Shown: positions 57,274 to 64,000 of the stretch, piece after piece
How the letters are laid out: the number at the start of each line of letters is the position of its first letter
How positions within the stretch are numbered: the first letter of the stretch is position 1
DNA from: Bacillota bacterium
Lineage (GTDB): Bacteria > Bacillota > Clostridia > Acetivibrionales > DTU013
Length of the DNA: 64,000 nt
Assembly: GCA_023435925.1 (NCBI GenBank)
Contig: JAEZLF010000152.1
Location: 5,589 to 69,588, forward strand
Direction: 5' to 3'
Translations under genes and position numbers: made by a program
The notes under the pieces: generated by a model
The model's input: the letters and a program-made list of their open reading frames with translations, nothing else
What the model was told of the DNA's origin: nothing
The model's database searches: none

Positions 57274-58101
57274 ATGATAGAACTGCCGGAAGCCTCTACA
57301 TTGGCAAAACAGATCAATGCCACCATAAGTGGGAAAAAAGTGATGAATGTGTATGCGGCTCAATCGCCTCACAAATTTGCCTGGTATTATGGAGATCCGC
57401 AAAATTATCATCATTTACTCCAGGGGAAGGTAATCGGAAGGGCTGCAGGTTTTGGCGGAATGGTTGAAATCAAAGCAGAAGATGCAATTTTGCTGTTTGG
57501 AGACGGAACAAATTTAAGATTTTACTCAGAGAATGAGAAACGGCCTTTAAAACATCAGCTTCTTATTGAATTTGAGGATTTTACTGCAATGAGTGCATCC
57601 ATTCAGATGTATGGCGGGATATGGTGCTTTCCGGCTGGTGAGTTTGATAACAAGTATTATCTTATTGCAAAAGAAAGGCCATCTCCTCTTTCGGACCAAT
57701 TTAATGAAACACTTTTTTATGCTATTGTATCGGAGCCGGATAACGAAGGACTAAGTGCAAAAGCACTACTTGCTACAGAGCAAAGAATACCCGGTCTGGG
57801 CAATGGCGTATTACAGGATATTCTTTATAATGCAGGGATCCATCCGAAGAAAAAGGTTAAGTCATTCACTGATCAGGAAAAATCCATTCTGTTTCATGCT
57901 ATCAAATCTACGCTTGCCGAAATGACTTTCCTGGGTGGCAGAGATACGGAAAGAGACCTGTTTGGCTGCTTTGGCGGGTATAAGACCAAGGTTAGCAAAA
58001 ATACGGTAGACAAGCCCTGCCCTAAATGCAATACTATAATCAGGAAAGAAGCTTATCTGGGAGGAAGCGTTTATTTTTGCCCCACGTGTCAAAGCCTATA
58101 G
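57274..58101 (+). CDS. Fpg/Nei-family DNA glycosylase-like protein (Ile2 instead of Pro2)
   Basis: MIELPEA N-terminus (canonical is MPELPEV). H2TH-like region EQRIPGLGNGVLQDILYNAGIHP. C-terminal zinc finger CPKCNTIIRKEAYLGGSVYFCPTCQ. Confidence 0.75.
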   Translation: MIELPEASTLAKQINATISGKKVMNVYAAQSPHKFAWYYGDPQNYHHLLQGKVIGRAAGFGGMVEIKAEDAILLFGDGTNLRFYSENEKRPLKHQLLIEFEDFTAMSASIQMYGGIWCFPAGEFDNKYYLIAKERPSPLSDQFNETLFYAIVSEPDNEGLSAKALLATEQRIPGLGNGVLQDILYNAGIHPKKKVKSFTDQEKSILFHAIKSTLAEMTFLGGRDTERDLFGCFGGYKTKVSKNTVDKPCPKCNTIIRKEAYLGGSVYFCPTCQSL

Positions 58102-58202
58102 AGGCGGCTTAGCGAGATATAGGCGAGATATAGGATATCGTAGCAAGAAATCGGTTATTTACCATGACAGATCATATGATAAAAGAAAGAAGGTGCAAAA
58201 TT

Positions 58203-58646
58203 ATGCAATGGAATGAAATCTTTCCGCAGGAACAGAAACCCACAATGGAGGATATTGCAGACTATATTGGCGGAGATGCTAAAGAATTATGGCAGGGACT
58301 TATGAATTACATGGAAACGGCCTATAATGTGAAACCTAAGCTATCCTACAGCGGATGCTCCGGTAAGCCCGGTTGGAATGTGAAGTTCCAGAAGAGTGGT
58401 CAGTCATTTGGCACATTGTATCCTGAGGAAAACTCATTTTCAGTATTAGTCGTCATCAGTTATAAATTATCCTCCTCAATGGAAGCAATTCTTCCAAAGC
58501 TGAATCCGGACATTGCTGAAATGTACAGACAGGCTGGAGACTATATGAAGCTGGGCAAGTGGATGATGTTTCAAATTCGGGATGCATCGGGAGTGGAGGA
58601 TTATAAAAACATTATATCTGTAAAGATGCTTCCGAAGTCAGCATGA
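58203..58646 (+). CDS. DUF3788-like protein
   Basis: MQWNEIFPQEQKPTMEDIADYIGG...KPGWNVKFQKSGQSFGTLYP. Family assignment is from memory. ATG lies behind GAAGGTG. Confidence 0.55.
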   Translation: MQWNEIFPQEQKPTMEDIADYIGGDAKELWQGLMNYMETAYNVKPKLSYSGCSGKPGWNVKFQKSGQSFGTLYPEENSFSVLVVISYKLSSSMEAILPKLNPDIAEMYRQAGDYMKLGKWMMFQIRDASGVEDYKNIISVKMLPKSA

Positions 58647-58670
58647 TTTTTGTAAGCAGAGGTGATATGT

Positions 58671-58991
58671 ATGAATGTTATTATTACTTTGATTGTAATT
58701 GACATATTATTACCCGGACTTATAACATGGGTATTGTACAGGTTTAAGCCCAAATTCCTATGGTGTGCTCCGGTTTTTGTACTGTTGGCTTTATCCTTCT
58801 TATTCATAAGAGATATTAATGTAATTACAACCGAACCTACTTTTGCAGAAAAATGGGAACTATACTTTCACAACGATTGGTCGATGGGATTGTATCTAGT
58901 ATACTTACCTATCGTTGCAGCAAGTTCTATTTTTACACTGGTAGCTTATTTGATCAAACTTTTTAAAAAGAAAAATTTCCAAACCGAGTGA
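58671..58991 (+). CDS. small membrane protein (3 TM), unknown function
   Basis: GAGGTGA RBS. Hydrophobic segments. Confidence 0.5.
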   Translation: MNVIITLIVIDILLPGLITWVLYRFKPKFLWCAPVFVLLALSFLFIRDINVITTEPTFAEKWELYFHNDWSMGLYLVYLPIVAASSIFTLVAYLIKLFKKKNFQTE

Positions 58992-59097
58992 CGGATACAA
59001 AGTGGTAGTTGCAGAAGCATTCATTACGTCTGCACATAGACAGTTGAATGCCAAGGAGAGAGCTTGGGGCAGACTTTAGCTATAGCTGTTTAGTGTC

Positions 59098-59272
59098 TTG
59101 AGAAGGGAACCTGGCAGGTTTATAATGTAATTGTACATGATGTTGTGTACATTGCGGTATCCGGAGCCGACTTTTGTACAGAAGGGAGTGGTCTGAGTTG
59201 AAGATTGCAATGGAGGTGGCCATTAATTAATGGCCGGAGGCGTGTCAGGCTGAAAGGTCTGACCGCCTTTTT
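59098..59272 (+). ncRNA. orphan promoter-to-terminator unit (about 140 nt), sRNA or cis-regulatory RNA candidate
   Basis: TTGAGA-17-TATAAT (59098-59126). TGTACA occurs three times. An 18-bp perfect palindrome GGCCATTAATTAATGGCC is flanked by GGAGG. Terminator ggcgtgtcag/ctgaccgcc followed by TTTTT (59239-59272). No ORF with an RBS. Confidence 0.3.
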
Positions 59273-59359
59273 GTATATACGCCCGATATGGATCCCGTTC
59301 TGAAACGATAGAGCAGCTTGAAGAAGTCTTAAGCAAAAATGTTTATAACTGTTCTTTCT

Positions 59360-59389
59360 CTTGACTGACAGTAAAATATTGTAATACAA
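59360..59389 (+). promoter_or_regulatory. sigma-A-type promoter candidate
   Basis: TTGACT, 18 nt, TACAAT. Confidence 0.45.
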
Positions 59390-59446
59390 TGGTTATAGGT
59401 ACATGCAAATTATTTTTGAAATCAACACGAAAGGAGTGTTTTAATA

Positions 59447-59482
59447 ATGATTATAGTATGCGTTGAGGTGGCCATCCTTTAA
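59447..59482 (+). other. 11-codon mini-ORF (MIIVCVEVAIL) behind a strong RBS, leader-peptide candidate
   Basis: GAAAGGAG, 9 nt, then ATG. The 5' module is homologous to the one at 43340-43411. Confidence 0.3.
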
Positions 59483-59641
59483 TTGAATAAATGCAAAGCG
59501 TACAGCAGCAGCCATACTCCGGAATTTTGGCCGGTTTGCTTATTATGCCTTTGCATCATCGTTATGTAATAACCCTTAGCCTGATCATGCAGGTGAATGA
59601 AAGAAGTGCGGTAGAGGTTATCGTGCTTTTGTTTTATGTAA

Positions 59642-59703
59642 GGGGACATTTAAAACAGTGTCCTTTTGTAAAACCACAGGTGGTTATTCTCTGTGGTTTT
59701 TTT
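59642..59703 (+). terminator. two consecutive terminator-like hairpins
   Basis: First hairpin: ggggaca/tgtcc(tt) followed by TTTT. Second hairpin: aaaaccacag/ctgtggtttt followed by a T-run. Confidence 0.55.
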
Positions 59704-59725
59704 ATGCCCGGAGAGGTAGATGTGT

Positions 59726-59819
59726 CCGGATAGGGCGATATGCCAGCCGGATAGGGTGATATGCCAGCCGGATAGGGCGATATGCCAGAGAGGCAGGTGC
59801 GCCCGGATAGGGAGATGGG
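59726..59819. repeat. 21-bp tandem repeat, 3 full copies plus 1 partial (CCGGATAGGG[C/T]GATATGCCAG)
   Basis: Full copies at 59726-59746, 59747-59767 and 59768-59788. A partial copy ccggatagggagatggga lies at 59802-59819. Confidence 0.9.
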
Positions 59820-59832
59820 AGTGTGAATCCAA

Positions 59833-60147
59833 TTGAAATACCGAAATGCAAAAGCAATTCTTCCGGAACATCTCTGGAGAGAACTGCAGCAATATGTTCA
59901 GGGAGAAATTATTTATGTTCCGGAGAATAAGCCGATAAGAGCCGGATGGGGCGAGACAAACGGCACAAGGGAAAAATACAGCAGCAGAAATAACGAAATC
60001 ATAATGCTTTACAGAAATGGAGTCAGCAGGGAGGAGATTGCAGAAAAATATCATCTTTCGGAATACAGTATCAAGAAGATCATATACTGCAGTAAGCAAT
60101 TTTATGAAAGAGTAAGTGCGGGTGCCGGAAATCAATTGGTCAAATGA
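59833..60147 (+). CDS. small HTH protein (CD3324/Mor-like family, from memory)
   Basis: 104 aa with a TTG start. ILPEHLWRELQQYVQGEIIYVP...WGE..G.R N-terminus and a C-terminal HTH-like GVSREEIAEKYHLSEYSIKKIIY. Confidence 0.55.
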   Translation: MKYRNAKAILPEHLWRELQQYVQGEIIYVPENKPIRAGWGETNGTREKYSSRNNEIIMLYRNGVSREEIAEKYHLSEYSIKKIIYCSKQFYERVSAGAGNQLVK

Positions 60148-60164
60148 TATGAAACATACATGAA

Positions 60165-60193
60165 AAATAAGCCTGGTCAGGCTTATTTTTTTT
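60165..60193 (+). terminator. rho-independent terminator
   Basis: aaataagcctg / caggcttattt stem followed by a long T-run. Confidence 0.65.
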
Positions 60194-60403
60194 ATGTAAA
60201 GGAAGTTTAACAGAAACGTAACGGAAGCCTAAAATAAGGCTGAAAGCAGTTGAAAGCGGCGGTAAGAGACGGAAAGAAGAGTGGAAAGCGGTTGAAAGCG
60301 GCAGCTTAGGATGAATCATGAAAAAAGCTTTGCAAATTGGAATAGTTGCGATAAAATAGTACTTCCATGGGAGTAAAAGGAAGTCTGTATTTGGAGGGTC
60401 ACT

Positions 60404-61381
60404 ATGATTGCTGTTAAAGGGCTGTGTAAAACTTTTAAAGTAGCAAAGCGCTCTGCCGGCTTCAAAGCGGCGGCAAAGGCATTATTTAAAAGGGAATATG
60501 CAGAAATTGAGGCCTTGCAGAATGTTTCCTTCAACATCAGCGAGGGTGAGGTGGTGGGCTATATTGGACCCAACGGGGCAGGAAAGTCCACCACCATTAA
60601 GATCATGAGCGGTATTTTACTGCCTGACAGAGGTGATTGCCGAATCATGGACAGAGTTCCATGGAAGGAGAGAATCGAGCATGTCAGAAATATTGGTGTT
60701 GTTTTCGGCCAGCGATCACAGCTTTGGTGGGATGTGCCGGTTATTGATTCCTTTGAGCTTCTGAAAGATATATATAAAATACCTCAGCCGGAATACAAAA
60801 AGAGTTTTGATATGCTTGTTGAAATGCTTGACATAGCAGAGATTATTCAATCGCCAGTCAGACAGCTGAGTCTTGGACAGAGAATGCGCTGTGAAATCGC
60901 TGCATCCCTGCTCCACAGCCCAAGGATACTTTTCCTTGACGAACCGACTATTGGGCTGGATGCAGTTTCAAAGATTGCTGTCCGAAATTTCATTAAAAGC
61001 ATCAATAAAGAAAAGAAAGTCACTGTTATTCTGACGACTCATGACATGCACGACATTGAGGCTTTAGCTGAACGGATCCTGCTGATCGGAAAAGGCAGAA
61101 TACTGTATGATGGGGATATTGGCAGCCTGAGAAGCCGATTTGGAGCAAGTAAAACGATCACGGTGGAATATGTAGAAAATAACCGGCCTCTAAAAATCCC
61201 CGGGACAAAACTGATCTCCCAAACGCCGGAACGTGCGTCATTATCTGTGGATACCAGAGTGAGCAATGTTTCCGAGGTAATATCCATGCTTTCCGATCGG
61301 TTGCAATTATTGGATGTAACCATAGAAAATCCGCCAATTGAAGACATTATCGTTGATTTATACAGGGAGTATGAAATATGA
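60404..61381 (+). CDS. ABC transporter ATP-binding protein
   Basis: Walker A GPNGAGKST, signature LSLGQRMR and Walker B ILFLDEPT. GGAGGG RBS. Confidence 0.9.
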   Translation: MIAVKGLCKTFKVAKRSAGFKAAAKALFKREYAEIEALQNVSFNISEGEVVGYIGPNGAGKSTTIKIMSGILLPDRGDCRIMDRVPWKERIEHVRNIGVVFGQRSQLWWDVPVIDSFELLKDIYKIPQPEYKKSFDMLVEMLDIAEIIQSPVRQLSLGQRMRCEIAASLLHSPRILFLDEPTIGLDAVSKIAVRNFIKSINKEKKVTVILTTHDMHDIEALAERILLIGKGRILYDGDIGSLRSRFGASKTITVEYVENNRPLKIPGTKLISQTPERASLSVDTRVSNVSEVISMLSDRLQLLDVTIENPPIEDIIVDLYREYEI

Positions 61382-62181
61382 GAATGTACCTTTCAGTGTT
61401 CAAATTGCGGCTGCTCAATGGCCTGCAATACAGAACAGCAGCCTTGGCCGGTTTGGCAACACAATTTTGCTGGGGTTTTATGTTTATTATGGTTTATGAA
61501 GCCTTTTATCTGAATGGAACGGCAGGAGCTGCTATTTCGTTGGAACAACTGGTTGATTATATGTGGCTACAGCAGGCGTTTCTTGTGTTTATCGCTCTTT
61601 GGTTAAGAGATTCAGAGCTTTTCAGCCTGATTACAAGCGGAAACATTGCATATGAGCTATGCCGTCCCTGTGGGATTTATGAGTTCTGGTATGCCAAGCT
61701 GTTGGCCCAAAGATTTTCCGGAGCAATGCTGCGGTGCTTTCCCGTTCTCATCATTGCTGCTTTACTACCCGATCCTTACGGATTATCGGGGCCTTCGGGC
61801 ATTGCTGCTGCTGTTTTGTTTGCGGTGACGCTTATGCTTGGACTGCTGATGGTAGTATCCATCTCTATGCTGATTTACATATCCGTTTTTATCACCATGT
61901 CTCCGGTAGGGTCCTTTCTAATGATAGGTGTTTTGGGAGAATTTTTTGCCGGAATGATTATTCCTATACCGTTAATGCCTCATTGGCTTCAAAGAATAGC
62001 ATATTTTCTTCCGTTTCGGTTGGCGGTGGATCTGCCGTTCCGGGTTTATAGCGGAAATATTCCGGTAATGGAAGGAATCCGGAGTATTATTATTCAGGCG
62101 ATATGGCTCGTATTTCTTGTTTTACTGGGAAGAGTTTTAATGAAGAAGGCAATAAAAAAAGTTGTTGTGCAGGGAGGTTGA
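61378..62181 (+). CDS. ABC-2 family permease (DUF990-like)
   Basis: Six hydrophobic segments. Start overlaps the ATPase stop (ATGA). Confidence 0.7.
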   Translation: MRMYLSVFKLRLLNGLQYRTAALAGLATQFCWGFMFIMVYEAFYLNGTAGAAISLEQLVDYMWLQQAFLVFIALWLRDSELFSLITSGNIAYELCRPCGIYEFWYAKLLAQRFSGAMLRCFPVLIIAALLPDPYGLSGPSGIAAAVLFAVTLMLGLLMVVSISMLIYISVFITMSPVGSFLMIGVLGEFFAGMIIPIPLMPHWLQRIAYFLPFRLAVDLPFRVYSGNIPVMEGIRSIIIQAIWLVFLVLLGRVLMKKAIKKVVVQGG

Positions 62182-62186
62182 TATAT

Positions 62187-62969
62187 ATGAAGCTGTACTT
62201 AAAATACTTTCTTATCCTCTGGAAGTCACAAATGCAGTATCGGACTTCCTTTTGGCTCCTTTCTGCCGGACAGTTTTTTATACCGTTTTCCGTTTTTGCA
62301 GGTCTGTACTTTTTATTTGAAAGGTTTGGGAGCATCAAAGGGTGGAGCTTTTTCGAGGTAGCTTTATGCTTTTCGGTTGTACATATGGCTTTTTCAATCA
62401 GCGAGTGTTTTGCCAGGGGATTTGATTCCTTTTCGGGAATGGTATCAACAGGCGAGTTTGACAGGGTATTGGTTAGACCGAGAAGTACGGTTGTGCAGGT
62501 GATAGGGTCTAAATTTGAATTTACTCGAATAGGCCGGTTGTTTCAAAGTATTGTTGTTATGGTGTGGGCACTGATTAACCTACCAGTTAGCTGGAATGTG
62601 TTAAAAGTAATAACATTGGTTTTAATGGTAATAAGCGGAGTTTTCATATTTACCGGAATATTTATTCTGGCAGCGACATTGTGCTTTTGGACAATTCAGG
62701 GGATCGAGGTTGCTAATATTTTTACCGATGGCGGGAGGGAAATGTCACAGTATCCCCTCAACATATATAAGAAATGGGTTACGCGCTTTTTCACTTTTGT
62801 CATTCCCTTTGGGTGTGTGAATTATTACCCCTTGTTGTACATAATTGACAAGGTTGACAGTAACCAAATCTTATATATGCTGTCGCCGCTATGTGGGATT
62901 GTGTTCATCCTGCCTTGCATCCTGATATGGAGAATCGGAGTGAAGCACTACAAGTCCGCCGGATCATAG
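62187..62969 (+). CDS. ABC-2 family permease (DUF990-like), second subunit
   Basis: ATG 62187 lies behind GGGAGG. MKLYLKYFLILWKSQMQYRTSFWL N-terminus and multiple TM segments. Confidence 0.7.
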   Translation: MKLYLKYFLILWKSQMQYRTSFWLLSAGQFFIPFSVFAGLYFLFERFGSIKGWSFFEVALCFSVVHMAFSISECFARGFDSFSGMVSTGEFDRVLVRPRSTVVQVIGSKFEFTRIGRLFQSIVVMVWALINLPVSWNVLKVITLVLMVISGVFIFTGIFILAATLCFWTIQGIEVANIFTDGGREMSQYPLNIYKKWVTRFFTFVIPFGCVNYYPLLYIIDKVDSNQILYMLSPLCGIVFILPCILIWRIGVKHYKSAGS

Positions 62970-63049
62970 TTTAGTGATACACCACCGTCCTCAGCCCGTC
63001 CCCCCGTCCTCTTTATCCCTCTGTCGCATATACGTTGCAATAACTTATG

Positions 63050-64000
63050 TTATTTTATAGGCTGCAGGCTAATCCTGCGGCTTTTAACAAAACCCATTAC
63101 ACTGTCAATAGCATAACCGATGATGGAAAGCACGATGAATGCGGTTGCCAAAGTGTGATAACCTGACATTGCACTGGAAACAGGAACGTTGACGGCTTCG
63201 GCAAAAAGAGATACAAATCCGGCATCAATCAGCAATTTATCAGTGAACATGAAGTAAATCAATATGCTTACAGCGATGTTGTTTATGGTGTTGAAAATAG
63301 CCAGCGGAAGATCCCATCGCATGACGATGAATTTATAGATTGAAAGGATAAACTGCACAATGGCCAATATTACAATTGCAAAAATGTATGACTGCAGCTG
63401 TTCGATATTAAAGAACGGCGCCAGAAGAGTTAACTCATTACCATTCATGCCATACCATCCAATAATATGAGGCCGGACTACAAATAGTACGGTGAAGAAC
63501 ACGTTAAAGAACAAACCTACTATCGTTTCCACTCGTGATATTTTATTCTTGGAGGGTGTTGGCCATGGAGGCAAATCATCAACGGACCATTTTGCTTTTT
63601 TAAAGGGCAGATTTCCTTCATGAACACCGACTCTATCTAACATGACAAAAATGATTGTGACCCAAAGGAATCCATTAGTAATACCGCTAAAGGCCGAAGA
63701 GAGTATACTTGCAAAAAAATCTGCTGCGAATTGAAAAGAGACCTCCGCCGGCTTTGATACCAAACCGATCAGATCAATAAAAACAAATACAATAGCTGCA
63801 ATTCCTGTTACCAGCTTGAGAATGGAAATGTAGCTGTCATATAAAGCAGGTCCGATGAGGTATTTATTTGTCTGACGGTATTCGTTTGCAAGCTTCATAG
63901 GGTTGCCCAATTGTTCCAGCGCATCGCGAATATCCTCCTGTGTTGGCTGCTCCGGCAGCATGTCTTCTATATTGGCCTTCAGCTCTCTCTTTACATCATC
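63050..64000 (-). CDS. polytopic membrane protein with N-terminal cytoplasmic helical domain (HAAS/DUF1700-like?), 5' end outside window
   Basis: The reading frame stays open upstream of the first Met to the window edge (..DDVKRELKANIEDMLPEQPTQEDIRDALEQLGNP). At least six TM segments follow. Confidence 0.5.
   Translation of the reverse strand, partial: DDVKRELKANIEDMLPEQPTQEDIRDALEQLGNPMKLANEYRQTNKYLIGPALYDSYISILKLVTGIAAIVFVFIDLIGLVSKPAEVSFQFAADFFASILSSAFSGITNGFLWVTIIFVMLDRVGVHEGNLPFKKAKWSVDDLPPWPTPSKNKISRVETIVGLFFNVFFTVLFVVRPHIIGWYGMNGNELTLLAPFFNIEQLQSYIFAIVILAIVQFILSIYKFIVMRWDLPLAIFNTINNIAVSILIYFMFTDKLLIDAGFVSLFAEAVNVPVSSAMSGYHTLATAFIVLSIIGYAIDSVMGFVKSRRISLQPIK

Noticed and set aside
59130-59210. 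Guanidine-I (ykkC) riboswitch, because of ccgg...ggtctgag...gga strings ahead of a transporter region
   Set aside because: The conserved ykkC blocks (CUAGGGUUCCG, GGUCCGAGAG, ACGG.GGGA) are absent or out of order, and a terminator and another promoter separate the region from the transporter.
59726-59819. Possible CRISPR array
   Set aside because: The repeats abut one another with no spacers. There are only 3 full and 1 partial copies, and no cas genes or leader are present. This is a tandem repeat, not a CRISPR array.
59650-60135. 161-aa minus-strand ORF containing WHIALSGWHITLSGWHIALSG repeats
   Set aside because: The peptide repeat is just the translation of the 21-bp DNA tandem repeat. 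The ORF runs antisense to the better-supported HTH gene (59833-60147) and has no RBS, so I treat it as spurious.
1-64000. Scan for tRNA/rRNA/tmRNA/RNase P/SRP/6S signatures, IS elements, integrases, phage genes and cas genes
   Set aside because: No GGTTCGAATCC-type T-arms, rRNA blocks, transposase or integrase motifs (DDE, R..H..Y) or cas-like ORFs were recognised by eye. The absence is provisional without tRNAscan, Infernal or ISfinder.

Overview
This 64-kb chromosomal window comes from an anaerobic, moderately AT-rich Firmicute. The Clostridia-like assignment rests on T-box leaders, HydABC-type genes, a YesMN/LplABC-type sugar locus, and frequent TTG/GTG starts behind strong GGAGG ribosome-binding sites (RBS). 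Most genes are housekeeping genes on the + strand: dnaE (3' part), a thioesterase, pgsA, a J-domain protein, mutS2, typA, mltG, a trmR-like methyltransferase with a U32 peptidase, and a class B PBP. They are followed by a three-gene NuoE / NuoF-GltD fusion / HydA-like redox operon behind a Rex-type box, and a two-component-regulated ABC sugar-uptake and glycosidase locus. Next come rsgA, then tyrS and metG, each behind a T-box. The last part is a patchwork of small accessory genes (SAM methyltransferase, GNATs, DUF1848, a DUF2087 regulator with an SPL-type radical SAM gene, a toxin-antitoxin (TA)-like pair, DinB, an Fpg/Nei-like gene, DUF3788) and an ABC-2 transporter. The stand-out is a visibly AT-richer block between mutS2 and typA. 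It carries a 2311-aa NRPS-like gene with domain order C-(A-domain remnant)-FkbH-like-T-C-A(Pro-like code)-T and no release domain. This gene is tightly linked, apparently as one operon, to a 7TM histidine kinase and a REC-HD-GYP response regulator. Secondary points of interest: a Cys-to-Ser change in the H-cluster L1 motif of the HydA-like protein; two paralogous promoter / 11-codon mini-ORF / dual-hairpin leader-like elements (about 43.3 kb and 59.4 kb); a probable ATT start codon; an SOS-box promoter in a gene-free 0.5-kb gap; and several tandem-repeat operator-like arrays. I recognised no rRNA, tRNA, CRISPR array, IS element or integrase. All domain calls come from motifs read by eye in the supplied translations. 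No searches or computations were run.
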